Shown here piece by piece: positions 44,906 through 54,450 of a stretch of DNA of 64,000 nucleotides. The translations under genes were made by a program, and so were the position numbers. Under the pieces are notes generated by a model. That model ran no database searches and was not told the origin of the DNA. It saw only the letters and a list, made by a program, of their open reading frames with translations. The stretch lies in IMG/VR virus record IMGVR_UViG_3300028186_000155; one strand, written 5' to 3'. Origin of the DNA: a virus. Taxonomy: Duplodnaviria; Caudoviricetes. The number at the start of each line of letters is the position of its first letter. The stretch's first letter is position 1.

Positions 44906-47230
44906 TTAATCGTATTTAATGGAGTATTGGTTAGTACGTGGGCTGAACTCCGGCAGAGTTGTGGCCTCGTTACGAACAATAATCCACGGACGTACACCTG
45001 TGCCGTCGTCGTACTGCACGGTCAGCTGCTTCGGCAAGTTCGGATCATAGCCCGGCAACCCGTCTTCGTTACCCAGTACATCGTTACGGTAGTTAATACC
45101 GTCAAAAGTAACGTTGAAAGAGTTTTGCAGGTCGATGATGAACGTATCGCCAGCGCGAGCATCCCACATCAGGTAAACGTAATCGTCAACGGTGATGGTG
45201 GTTTCGATGTTTTTCGCAGTTTCACCCGGTTGCAGCGACAGCGTATTGGTCATGACTTTCGACACGAAATCATCGAGGCCAGTCCAGTGCGTGTACTGTT
45301 TGCCGGAAGGCGAAGTTTCTTCGGTTACGCCGTAATCGCGCTCTTCCTGCGTAATTTCGCTGGCGATTGGACCACCAGTGAAATTCACGTTGGAGAACAT
45401 CGCAACACCATAGCGCAGCGGCGGAATTACTACGCTGCCAGTCACCACGGTAATTGCTTTGGTTGCGTTGAGGTTTACACCGTCTTCGCTGTAGGTCGCA
45501 CGAATGTTGGTCGCACCATCCGCAACACCGGTCACTTTACCATCTTGGGCCACAGTGGCTTTCGAGGTATCCGACGACGACCAAACCGGGGTTTTATTCA
45601 CGGTCGAACCATCGGCGTAAGTAACGGCGTATGTGAACGTTTGAGTTTCCAACGGAGCCAGCGAATTAGGGCCGGTAATGGCGCCCGAAACAGGCCAGTT
45701 TTTCGTGTCGGCAATTGCAACGGTTTTCTTCGCAGTAACAGTCTGGCCGTTCTGCGTGAACGAAACGTTGATTTCTACCGATTTCGAACCCGGAACAGTC
45801 AGCGGTTTCGCGGTCAGCACACCAGTTGCAGCACCAATGGTGGCGTAAGTGGTGGCGGTCACGGTCCACGCGGCAGTTACATCGGAGGTGGTGCCATCCG
45901 AGAACGTTACGCGGCCAACGTAAGTGCTGGTCGAATCTTGATCCACCGAATTCGCACCGTTAATCACGATGGAATTTGGATAAATTGCAGGATCTTTGAT
46001 GGTGACGTTCAGTTCTGCGGTACGCGTCACGCCGCCCGAAACATAGGTCGCGGTCAGCTTGGTGGTAACGTCGCGCACTTGGCTTTGACGCGGGGTCAAT
46101 ACGCCGTTGCTGAAGGTGCCCGCCGTGGTGTTACTGGAAACAAATGCATTTGGCGTAACGATTTGTTTCGAGTTGTCACTGTAGGTCGCTTCGACGGTGT
46201 AGGTGCCGGTTTCCGATTTCAGGAATTGGGTTGGACCAACAATTCGAATCGATTGCAGCAGCACAATGGACGGATCGCCGTTAATGGTGATCACGTAATC
46301 ATGGAAAACAACAACGCCGCTTTCTTCGTGTTTCCAGCTGGCACGCGCAGTTACCGGGGTATCAATTGCAACCGGGTTGGCGTGGAAAACACCAGTGTTC
46401 TGGTTGATGGTGCCGAATTCCGCGTTTACGGTCAGGGTCCAAGTGGCCTGCACGCTGAAGAATTTCGAACCATCGTCCATCAGCACGTCGGCGCGCAGAA
46501 CGTGATTGGTATTTCCGTTCACTTTCTCGGTTGGACCAACTACCGAAACCGAAATGGGGCGCGGACCAACATACGCAAATTCGGTGGTAGGCGGCAGCCA
46601 TTCCGCAACAAAGTTTCCGTCGCCGGAATCTTCGGTAATGAACAGCATGTAACCGGCAACCGGTTCGCCTTTTACAACCACGTAGTTTTCGGTTCCGTCA
46701 CCGGTCGAAAGCTTGGTGCGCGGGAAATCCGGGTGGCTGTGTGGCAGCGGTTCGCGGGCGTCACTCATGCGCGAATCATTGGTGTAAACAACCACCGGAT
46801 CTTCGCCGTCTTCAGGCTCGGAACCTTCCGACAGAGTGAAACCACCGAGGCGCTGTTGCGAAGCGAGCGGCGGGCGGAAATCAGGCACTGCACCGAGGAT
46901 CGGGTCAGCGTCTTTTTTGAAATACTGATCTTCGGTGAAAATTTCATCCACAGAAGACAGCACAGACCACGAACCACGATAGTTTTTATCGTCGTATTTT
47001 TCAGCGTCAACACGACGCATCAAAACCTTGTAGTCTTCGTGTTCTGGATCAGCGTTGATCCACGTCACGTTGTAGGGAACGGTCAGGGTATCCGGTTCGA
47101 GAAGAGAAACGAGGACAACGAATTGTTTTCCGTTGCCCTCGACAATAATCTCGACCGGGTTAAATTTCGACAAACCGCGATAGTTGAGTGCAATCGCGAT
47201 TTTTTCGTCGATAAACTCGGTCAAAGTCAT
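44906..47230 (-). CDS. Tail fibre / appendage protein with Ig-like repeats
   Basis: N-terminal DSRMSDAREPLPHSH fibre motif; four Ig-like repeats (WSSSDTSKATVAQDGKVTGV). Confidence 0.8.
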   Translation of the reverse strand: MTLTEFIDEKIAIALNYRGLSKFNPVEIIVEGNGKQFVVLVSLLEPDTLTVPYNVTWINADPEHEDYKVLMRRVDAEKYDDKNYRGSWSVLSSVDEIFTEDQYFKKDADPILGAVPDFRPPLASQQRLGGFTLSEGSEPEDGEDPVVVYTNDSRMSDAREPLPHSHPDFPRTKLSTGDGTENYVVVKGEPVAGYMLFITEDSGDGNFVAEWLPPTTEFAYVGPRPISVSVVGPTEKVNGNTNHVLRADVLMDDGSKFFSVQATWTLTVNAEFGTINQNTGVFHANPVAIDTPVTARASWKHEESGVVVFHDYVITINGDPSIVLLQSIRIVGPTQFLKSETGTYTVEATYSDNSKQIVTPNAFVSSNTTAGTFSNGVLTPRQSQVRDVTTKLTATYVSGGVTRTAELNVTIKDPAIYPNSIVINGANSVDQDSTSTYVGRVTFSDGTTSDVTAAWTVTATTYATIGAATGVLTAKPLTVPGSKSVEINVSFTQNGQTVTAKKTVAIADTKNWPVSGAITGPNSLAPLETQTFTYAVTYADGSTVNKTPVWSSSDTSKATVAQDGKVTGVADGATNIRATYSEDGVNLNATKAITVVTGSVVIPPLRYGVAMFSNVNFTGGPIASEITQEERDYGVTEETSPSGKQYTHWTGLDDFVSKVMTNTLSLQPGETAKNIETTITVDDYVYLMWDARAGDTFIIDLQNSFNVTFDGINYRNDVLGNEDGLPGYDPNLPKQLTVQYDDGTGVRPWIIVRNEATTLPEFSPRTNQYSIKYD

Positions 47231-47239
47231 GACGATTCC

Positions 47240-47881
47240 TTATCGCTGAATATCGTTGGAAGTCACTTGGCGCCATACGGCTTTGCCGTTACCAGCAGCG
47301 AACAAAGCGGCGCCCACAACCGGAGTTGCAGAATCGCCAATCTTGATCGAACCGGTGTTGGTTTTCAGCATGGTTGCCGGTTTTTCTTCGTGGGTGTGCT
47401 CGGTCGGTTTCCGTGCGTTGGTCAGGCGCGGATCGCCCTCACCTACCGCGATTGGAGCCGCGCCGTTGGTTGGTTCAACCGACAGGCGAGCGATACCCAG
47501 CGTCGAAGCGGTAGCGGCTGGAATCGGATCGTTTTGATTCAGAATTTCCGAATCTTCTGCGTCGTAATACTGATCAGCGTTGTACTGATCCATGGTGTCG
47601 ATCACTTCCCACGTGTGCACGGTGCCCACGCTGGTATCGGGGTTTTTCGACACGCGACGACGCGCCTGATTGTAGAAAACCGACGCCGGGTCGAAATCGA
47701 ACCAAATCACGTTGAGTGGCAGGATTTCGTTGTACGGTTCGCGCAGTGCAGCAACCACGGTGGTAACACGACGCACCGTGGAGTTTTGCATGCGGATCGG
47801 AACCGGGTTGGTTTCGTCCAGATTTTCGATATCGGAAATCACGCGAATGGAATCGCGGATTTCTTGCAATTGTTTTTCCAT
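47240..47881 (-). CDS. Short fibre-anchor paralog of the 774-aa protein's N-terminus
   Basis: ATASTLGIARLS, DPRLTNARKPTEHTH. Confidence 0.75.
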   Translation of the reverse strand: MEKQLQEIRDSIRVISDIENLDETNPVPIRMQNSTVRRVTTVVAALREPYNEILPLNVIWFDFDPASVFYNQARRRVSKNPDTSVGTVHTWEVIDTMDQYNADQYYDAEDSEILNQNDPIPAATASTLGIARLSVEPTNGAAPIAVGEGDPRLTNARKPTEHTHEEKPATMLKTNTGSIKIGDSATPVVGAALFAAGNGKAVWRQVTSNDIQR

Positions 47882-47886
47882 TTTGA

Positions 47887-49527
47887 TCAGTTCTCGGTGA
47901 ATGTGATGGAAGAGCCGAAATTGCGAATGTCTGCGGTCAGAGAAGCGCGACGTGCAGGAATGCTCGGATCAATCACGAAATCGAGGTTGATATCGTTGTT
48001 CGCGATATCTGCCGGGGAGTTGTTGCGGCTGTCACAAATGGTTTCCCAATCGTACAAACCACGGCCCTGTTTAACAGTGCGCGCTTCCGCGTCAACGATG
48101 TTTTTCAGCTGCTTGCGTTCGAAATCGTCAGCAGGGTTGAAAACGGACGGCAGGAACGCTTTGCGAATCATGGCCTTGATCCCGTTCACCAAACGACGAA
48201 CGTTCACGTTTTGGAAACCGCTGGCAAAGGTTTGCAGGGTCAGCTGTTCCATGATCACGTAACCACGGCCCGGAATGCGGCGCACGTAGTTGATTTGCGC
48301 TTGTTCCAGCGCATTGCGTTCTGGCAGCGAATATTTCTTCGAAAGATCCGTGACTTTCACTTGGCCGCGATTCAAACCGGCAGGCGCCCAGTAGTAGGCA
48401 CGCACACGGTCGGTGTACGCATATTGCGCAGCGACCATACCGGAAATCGGGCACCAGAATTTCTTACCCGAAACGTCATCGGTGACTTGCCCGCGTGGGC
48501 CGTACAGTGCCGAATAGCTGCTCGACAGGTTGAGGATATTTCGACGCCAGTTAACGGCGCGTGCAACTTCCTGCATATCGAACGGCAAATCCTGAATGGT
48601 GATTGCGTCACCACGGGATTCTGCAACGGCGTTCATGCGGCGCACGATTTGTTCGTTTTCGTAACCGCACGCAACCAGCATTTGCACCGCGAATTGGTCG
48701 GTATCTTCGATGCCTTCCCAAGCTGCGTTGATTTCTGCAATGGTTGCACGCTCGCCATCTTCGCCGCCGTCGAGGCGTTCGATGGTGGTGGTGCGAATTT
48801 CCACAGCCGGGCACAGGCTGTTGTTTTTGACCTTGATGTAGTTGGATTGCGAGTTCACCCGCGCCTCAACAAACATTTGGTTTCCTTCGCCGTCCAGTTC
48901 GTAAATCCGCGAACAGAAATACGATTCTACCGGAATGCTAGACGAACCTTTGTAGTTCAGGAAAACATCGAGGTAGAAATGGGTCGGGTCGTTGAATTCA
49001 CCAACTTCGGTGCCTTCCGGGTTAGCGGGGCGAATGCGAACGCTGATGATGCCAGACCATTCGCCGGGCGAGTTGGCGCAAACATAAAGCAGCGCGTTTT
49101 TCACACCAGCATCAGCGGCGGTGAAGCCCAGTACATCGAGGGGATTACCCAAAACGCCTTGCGGTTTATTGGTGCCATTATCCCAATTGACCAGCTTAAC
49201 GACCGGCACCAAAGCGCTGGTATCGTCAACCGACAGGTATGCCCCGGCGGTGCGTGCGGTCGCGGCGTTGACTGCACGTTTGATCCACATGGCGGTTTGC
49301 GCCAAAGTGTGTTCGGCACAGTGCATGCCAAAGCCGTATTTGGAATAGTTTTTAATGCCGAACTTTTCGCGCAGCACTTGTTTATCCGTTACATAAATCC
49401 AGTCGCTGGTAGAACCGCGAGGGGCTTCGATAACGGCGGATGCGATGGAGCTAACCACCGGGGAACCACGTTGACTTACGTCATTGTCCCGGTCGTAAAC
49501 ACCAGCGCTGGTGTTGGTGAAATCCAT
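47887..49527 (-). CDS. Tail sheath protein 2
   Basis: NTSAGVY, AESRGDA, WAPAGLNRG, VNVRRL, FNPAD. Confidence 0.93.
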   Translation of the reverse strand: MDFTNTSAGVYDRDNDVSQRGSPVVSSIASAVIEAPRGSTSDWIYVTDKQVLREKFGIKNYSKYGFGMHCAEHTLAQTAMWIKRAVNAATARTAGAYLSVDDTSALVPVVKLVNWDNGTNKPQGVLGNPLDVLGFTAADAGVKNALLYVCANSPGEWSGIISVRIRPANPEGTEVGEFNDPTHFYLDVFLNYKGSSSIPVESYFCSRIYELDGEGNQMFVEARVNSQSNYIKVKNNSLCPAVEIRTTTIERLDGGEDGERATIAEINAAWEGIEDTDQFAVQMLVACGYENEQIVRRMNAVAESRGDAITIQDLPFDMQEVARAVNWRRNILNLSSSYSALYGPRGQVTDDVSGKKFWCPISGMVAAQYAYTDRVRAYYWAPAGLNRGQVKVTDLSKKYSLPERNALEQAQINYVRRIPGRGYVIMEQLTLQTFASGFQNVNVRRLVNGIKAMIRKAFLPSVFNPADDFERKQLKNIVDAEARTVKQGRGLYDWETICDSRNNSPADIANNDINLDFVIDPSIPARRASLTADIRNFGSSITFTEN

Positions 49528-49592
49528 GGGTGAATCCCCTTATATGGTTGGAATGCGGGAAATAGGAGCGCATTTGTGCATTTCCTTCCATT

Positions 49593-49598
49593 AAATTA
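49593..49598 (-). promoter_or_regulatory. Putative late promoter TAATTT (sheath 2 operon)
   Basis: GCGTAATTTAATGG just downstream of a terminator. Confidence 0.6.
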
Positions 49599-49620
49599 CG
49601 CAAAGGGGATTTTGAACAAC

Positions 49621-49646
49621 AAAAAAGGGGCCAATTGGCCCCTTTT
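49621..49646. terminator. Palindromic (bidirectional-type) terminator
   Basis: AAAAAAGGGGCCAATTGGCCCCTTTT. Confidence 0.8.
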
Positions 49647-49659
49647 CGGATATTACGGT

Positions 49660-50418
49660 TTAGCTAAAGAATTCGTCATCGTCATTACGTGCGGCGGCCT
49701 CGGCTGCATCGTGTTTAGCCTTTTCGCGCAGGTAATGTTTGAACATAATAATGGCGAAATTGTGATTGCCATCGCGCCATTCGAGGATTGCTGGGGTGAA
49801 TGGCTTATTCATCAATACGCCCATATGGCGCAGGATTTGGCGGTGGCGTTCGCGCACATACGATTCAATATACATCGGGATTTTGTGTGGTTCGTTTCGG
49901 ATCATTCGGATCTTAACGTAACAGAATACCAATGCTTCGAGATTGTCGTCTTCCATGAACTCGGTTGATTCGTGGAAAATGTCAATCAGTTTCTTCTTAT
50001 CTATGGCACTGAATCGCAGCAGCTTATCCGGGTGGGTCAGTTGCTTGACCATCCGGTACAATTCACCAATTGCAACCTTTTGGTGCTCTTCACGCTTTTT
50101 CGGTTCGTTCGGGTTATTCGGATCAACCACTTCGTCTTCGAAATACTCTTCATCGTCTTCGTCGAAACGTTCACGATCAAACGACTTCAGGTCTTCGCCT
50201 TTGATTTTCATCAGGGCTGTGCAACCTTCTGGCGGCAGGTCGAAAGTGGCTTCGGTTTCTTCCTCTTCGGCCTCTTCCTCTTCGCCGTCACCTACGCCGC
50301 CTAACGCGTGATTACAACGTGCGCTAAGCCAGCTGTAACCATGCTCCAGCATTTCAATGAATCGGTTTAGGTTTTCTTCGTCTACCCGGATTTCTTCGAG
50401 TTTTGCGTTTGTGATCAT
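49660..50418 (-). CDS. J-domain-like (HPD) protein
   Basis: ELYRMVKQLTHPDK...IF...EFMEDDNL. Confidence 0.6.
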   Translation of the reverse strand: MITNAKLEEIRVDEENLNRFIEMLEHGYSWLSARCNHALGGVGDGEEEEAEEEETEATFDLPPEGCTALMKIKGEDLKSFDRERFDEDDEEYFEDEVVDPNNPNEPKKREEHQKVAIGELYRMVKQLTHPDKLLRFSAIDKKKLIDIFHESTEFMEDDNLEALVFCYVKIRMIRNEPHKIPMYIESYVRERHRQILRHMGVLMNKPFTPAILEWRDGNHNFAIIMFKHYLREKAKHDAAEAAARNDDDEFFS

Positions 50419-51188
50419 AGCATATCCATTAGATCGGCTTTATCGCTTCGTTTGCTGTTGAGCATCAGAGCAAACTGCATGGGCATTCGCATTTTCTCCG
50501 CAAAGAACGTAACCGGGTCACAACCGTTTACCACCACAATTCGCGGAATGTTGTCGTATTTTTCGAGTAGGTCACGGACCTTTTCGATTTTGATTTGCGT
50601 GGAATCAAGGCCAACGTTGGCGATGATCAGCATTGAGATATTGCGGCGGGTTTTCTCGGCCAGCAATTCATCATAGAACCCGCTCATTACGCGATGATAA
50701 ACCGGCAGCATCTTGCCCTTTTGTTTACCAGAACGCTGGTCGTCAATGGCTGCATCCATAATGCTCATGGCCATGAATTTTGCGCGTTCATCCGTCACCA
50801 TCGAACCAATGCCAATGATCGGGGAACCGTGCAGCGGGTTGGACAAAAGACGATAGCACGTGTCGATTTGACGGCGTACCGAGGTCTTTGGAATCACGTA
50901 GTCTTCAGGCAGCCATTTAGGCACCATCGGGGTAATCGAAGTCAACGCATCATCTAGCAAGAACGGGTGCCGCATCACCTGCAATGCGGTCCCGTCCACG
51001 CCTTGTGATTTCAGCAATTTTACGCGGGCTGTATCGTATTTGAAATTGAGGGTAGGCGCAGGCATACGCGAAGGGGCGCTAACCTGCCCTTTCGGTTTTT
51101 TAATCCCGGCTACTTTCTCCACGACAGCCCGTTTCTTCGGCTGCATCAAGCTTTTGGCCGACTTCGCGACCTTCACATCCTTCGCCAT
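50415..51188 (-). CDS. Degenerate DnaC/IstB-like AAA+ protein (helicase-loader-like)
   Basis: MLIIANVG (Walker B-like) ...VRDLL...PRIVVVN; no intact Walker A. Confidence 0.45.
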   Translation of the reverse strand: MAKDVKVAKSAKSLMQPKKRAVVEKVAGIKKPKGQVSAPSRMPAPTLNFKYDTARVKLLKSQGVDGTALQVMRHPFLLDDALTSITPMVPKWLPEDYVIPKTSVRRQIDTCYRLLSNPLHGSPIIGIGSMVTDERAKFMAMSIMDAAIDDQRSGKQKGKMLPVYHRVMSGFYDELLAEKTRRNISMLIIANVGLDSTQIKIEKVRDLLEKYDNIPRIVVVNGCDPVTFFAEKMRMPMQFALMLNSKRSDKADLMDML

Positions 51189-51441
51189 AGTCGGTCCCGA
51201 GTGAGTTAGGTTTATGTTGAGTGTTTACAGTTTTGGGCGCTGCGTCATACAACATTTTGTAAACGGCTTGCTGTAGTTCTTTACGATCTTTGCCGGAGAA
51301 TTCAGCGGCAGCCAGCACAGGATCAGCAGGGAAATCTACCAGCATTTTGCTTGCCATGTAGATTTCCATTTCTTCCAGCTGGGTTTGCGGCCAGCCGCTG
51401 GGCGGCACGCTCATACCGCGACATACCCGTTTATCAATCAT
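51100..51441 (-). CDS. Hypothetical protein
   Basis: GGAGG RBS, start at MIDKR. Confidence 0.6.
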   Translation of the reverse strand: MIDKRVCRGMSVPPSGWPQTQLEEMEIYMASKMLVDFPADPVLAAAEFSGKDRKELQQAVYKMLYDAAPKTVNTQHKPNSLGTDYGEGCEGREVGQKLDAAEETGCRGESSRD

Positions 51442-51460
51442 TGGTTGCACCTCCGTTTGC

Positions 51461-51784
51461 TTAGATTTTCCATTCACGTTCGGATGCCTTCCATGCGTAG
51501 AACGTTTCTTGATTCCACGTCTCGGTAGAACCATCGGAATATTCAGCGGTGTACGTTTGGCGTTCGCCACCGTTCCAATCGGCAACCACACTCGACAGGA
51601 AACGTTCCGATTTTGGCACTTTGAAAATGTGCACAATGCCATCGACGGTTGAGCGCATTTCTTCATCGTCGCGCAGCACCGGAGTTTGCACCCATCGGCC
51701 ATCGTGTCCTTTTACAACACTGTGCACGTGTCGCAGTTGTTGCTCACCGTCCACAATGACAGTCATTTGCAGTGGCTGTTGCAT
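51461..51784 (-). CDS. Hypothetical protein
   Basis: Start at MQQPL. Confidence 0.6.
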   Translation of the reverse strand: MQQPLQMTVIVDGEQQLRHVHSVVKGHDGRWVQTPVLRDDEEMRSTVDGIVHIFKVPKSERFLSSVVADWNGGERQTYTAEYSDGSTETWNQETFYAWKASEREWKI

Positions 51785-52025
51785 TATTTGTTCCTTCAAA
51801 ATCCAGAGGGTGTGGAATATTCTGCATGATCAGAACTTGGCGCATGCCTGCGTCGAAGCCGCTGGCGTCAATTCCGCTACTATCGCACTCGGCCCATAGC
51901 CGGTGATAATCCATCAGGCTACCACGGTATTTGCGCAATTGTTCCTGCGCGTATTGAACACCGGCCTGAAAATCCTCTTCGTAGTTGCGGAACCCGAAAA
52001 GTTTGCGAAAGAGTTCACTGATCAT
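51744..52025 (-). CDS. Hypothetical protein
   Basis: 93 aa. Confidence 0.6.
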   Translation of the reverse strand: MISELFRKLFGFRNYEEDFQAGVQYAQEQLRKYRGSLMDYHRLWAECDSSGIDASGFDAGMRQVLIMQNIPHPLDFEGTNNATATANDCHCGR

Positions 52026-52338
52026 ATGCGAGATTCCCTTTCACATCACGCACCCGCTGATCAGGAAATGCCGGGTCATCCAGTTTAATGGCCATGCCGA
52101 GGTCAAGCCACGTAGTCCACTGCCCACACTGGCCGCATTTGTAGCGGTCGTGATGCATGGTAGGCACATTCCTTTCCTCGGCGGCCCAGCAATTATTTGG
52201 CATATTGCTGCCCCACGTGTTGCAGTGGGGACATTTCAAATCGCCCCACATCCGCATGCCCGCGTGATAGGCATCACGTTCCTGTTTTGCTGCCCAATGT
52301 TTCAACCACGTAAAGAAACGCAGTCGCCGCGATTTCAT
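52015..52338 (-). CDS. Zn-ribbon protein
   Basis: CPHC...CGQC. Confidence 0.65.
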   Translation of the reverse strand: MKSRRLRFFTWLKHWAAKQERDAYHAGMRMWGDLKCPHCNTWGSNMPNNCWAAEERNVPTMHHDRYKCGQCGQWTTWLDLGMAIKLDDPAFPDQRVRDVKGNLAYDQ

Positions 52339-52535
52339 GGTCCATTTTCCTTTTTGTTGTGATTGGCGGGCGGGCCAGATGCCTCATGGTTATAAACTCG
52401 ATTCATACGCATCGCGTCTTCCATATCCCGCAGAAGTCGTTTGTTTTCTTTATGGGTTCGGAAAATCGAGGCGCCAGCCGCAATAAAGGCTAGCACCGCA
52501 ATTCCGTAACCAATTAGGTTAAGGGCCTCTTTCAC
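52335..52535 (-). CDS. Small single-pass membrane protein
   Basis: LIGYGIAVLAFIAAGASIF. Confidence 0.6.
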   Translation of the reverse strand: MKEALNLIGYGIAVLAFIAAGASIFRTHKENKRLLRDMEDAMRMNRVYNHEASGPPANHNKKENGP

Positions 52536-52762
52536 AGAACGCCCTGTTTTTTCAGCAGGCGGCGCTGGTTGCGCGTGAGGTTTTTCCGTTGCAACGGCAC
52601 TTCGTCAAAGTGCACAATGTCAGGGTTCATTTGCGCCAGCAATTTCTTGTATTGCTTGGGATCGCGCTTGGCCATTTCTTTCATGGCCTCGGTAAGCTGG
52701 CGCTGGGCCTCTTCCTGATTCAACTGTTCCTGCGATTTGAGGTCTACCGTTCTTTCTTCCAT
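52532..52762 (-). CDS. Hypothetical protein
   Basis: 76 aa. Confidence 0.6.
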   Translation of the reverse strand: MEERTVDLKSQEQLNQEEAQRQLTEAMKEMAKRDPKQYKKLLAQMNPDIVHFDEVPLQRKNLTRNQRRLLKKQGVL

Positions 52763-54417
52763 TTCGATTTTCTCTCGGCACGTTGTTCTGATGCACGGTT
52801 TTTGATGCGGGAACCAATCTGGCTAAACATGCCGCCAAACATCCCGTTATCTTTCTTCGTGATGGTCGATACTTCGACTTCCTGTTCGGGGTCGAAATCT
52901 TCGGAAATATCACGCTTCACATTGCGCAGCCATTGACGCATGCGCTCTTCGGCAACCTCGGTTGGCTTGTGGTTGAATTCCAAAGCCTGTTGCCACGTGC
53001 GTGCGCAATACTTCAGCGATGCTTGGTGGCCAGTGTCAGCAAAGAAGCGGATGATAGGCGTGCGCTTATCGGGATCGGGCGTCAGAATACGCGACGATTC
53101 CTGTTTCCAGTTTTCCGGGTTGTTCATCGGCATGATGTAATACAGGCACGACCACGGCTTAACGTTGATACCGCGTTGCAGCAGCTTGCGGATACCAACC
53201 ACCACACGGATTTTCCGTTCGCCAGCCAGCTTTTTGATGCGGTCGCGATCATCTTTGTTTTTCTTGCCACCGCCACCAACAAAGGCAGCAGCCACTTCGT
53301 ATCCGACAGCCGAGTTAACCCGTTTGACGATTTCGAAAATGTGGTCCTTGAAATGGCAAGGAACAACGATGGAATGCCCGGCCTCAAGGTCTTTCAAAAT
53401 CCACGAAATGATCAGGGTGTTTCGTGGCTTGTTGTTGGCTAGGTTTTTACCCAGTTTCACAAAGCCCGGTTTGCCCTTGAACACGCCTTTGGATTTCATG
53501 CCGGTATCAACTGCCAGCATCTTGGCCACCAGCTGCGCCCGTTTGATTTCGGACTTCGGCGGCCCCATAACCAACGCCGTGATTTTGTGCTTGCCGTCTT
53601 TGCGGGTCCATGTACCGGTGCAGCCGAAGCGATAGCGCATCTTCAGGCTGTTCATGACCGTTGCAAATTCCGGGGCGCCAGTCGATTGCACTTCGTCCAC
53701 AATGACGGTGCCGAAAACCTTGTTACAGGCCTTCATCAACTTACGGCCTTTCTCGCTCAAGAAACTCTGATAGGTGATGATACCAATCTGAATATCCTTG
53801 AGGTCTTCTTTGGTTTTGATGAACCCATAAAGTTTCTTGCCGGTGCGTTCTTGCAGCTGGGGCAAATTCGTGGATTCTTCAATGTCGCCAATGAACTGGT
53901 TTAGGAAGTCGTACTGGTCGGCCATAAGCAGCACCTTGTAACCCAGTTCGATTGCCAATTTCAGCGCGGTTAACGACTTACCCGAACGCGGCGGAAGCAC
54001 GAAAAGGCCAAACTTGGCCTCTTTCATTCGCTTAACTGTTTTCAGCTGGTAACTGAACCAGTCGCGATCCTCACCGAGGTCGATTTTAACTTTGTAATCA
54101 AACGGAACTTTAGTGCGCTTGTCGATGATTTTGTAATCACCTAGATCAATGCGCATCTTTTCTTCGAAATTGTCTCGGTCGCCCAAAGGCAGGCCGATGT
54201 ACTCCGTATTCCCAATGACGCGTGCTTTGGCCAGCCGATACGAACCGTTGAAGTTCTCGCAGCCTTTGCAGGCCTGCACCGGGCGTTCTGGTCTTAGTTC
54301 ACACGACCGGCAACCTTGATCGGAAAAGAAGTCGTGAAAATACTCTTTCTTGACTCGCTTTTCCGACAGGTCGATCCGGGGAATGTACATCTTGTCCGAT
54401 ACGATGATTTTGCCCAT
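52744..54417 (-). CDS. Superfamily 2 DNA helicase (UvsW/XPB-like)
   Basis: LPPRSGKS, IVDEVQ, GCTGT..RKDG, RGINV, Q..SRI; N-terminal Cys4. Confidence 0.88.
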   Translation of the reverse strand: MGKIIVSDKMYIPRIDLSEKRVKKEYFHDFFSDQGCRSCELRPERPVQACKGCENFNGSYRLAKARVIGNTEYIGLPLGDRDNFEEKMRIDLGDYKIIDKRTKVPFDYKVKIDLGEDRDWFSYQLKTVKRMKEAKFGLFVLPPRSGKSLTALKLAIELGYKVLLMADQYDFLNQFIGDIEESTNLPQLQERTGKKLYGFIKTKEDLKDIQIGIITYQSFLSEKGRKLMKACNKVFGTVIVDEVQSTGAPEFATVMNSLKMRYRFGCTGTWTRKDGKHKITALVMGPPKSEIKRAQLVAKMLAVDTGMKSKGVFKGKPGFVKLGKNLANNKPRNTLIISWILKDLEAGHSIVVPCHFKDHIFEIVKRVNSAVGYEVAAAFVGGGGKKNKDDRDRIKKLAGERKIRVVVGIRKLLQRGINVKPWSCLYYIMPMNNPENWKQESSRILTPDPDKRTPIIRFFADTGHQASLKYCARTWQQALEFNHKPTEVAEERMRQWLRNVKRDISEDFDPEQEVEVSTITKKDNGMFGGMFSQIGSRIKNRASEQRAERKSKWKKER

Positions 54418-54450
54418 GGTTTAACCGGAGCTTCCTTGTTCGTGCATTTA

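Noticed and set aside
44885-48262. 1125-aa + strand ORF (also 20871..22853, 26573..28342 and 28472..29908)
   Set aside because: Same antisense artefact over well-supported minus-strand structural genes.
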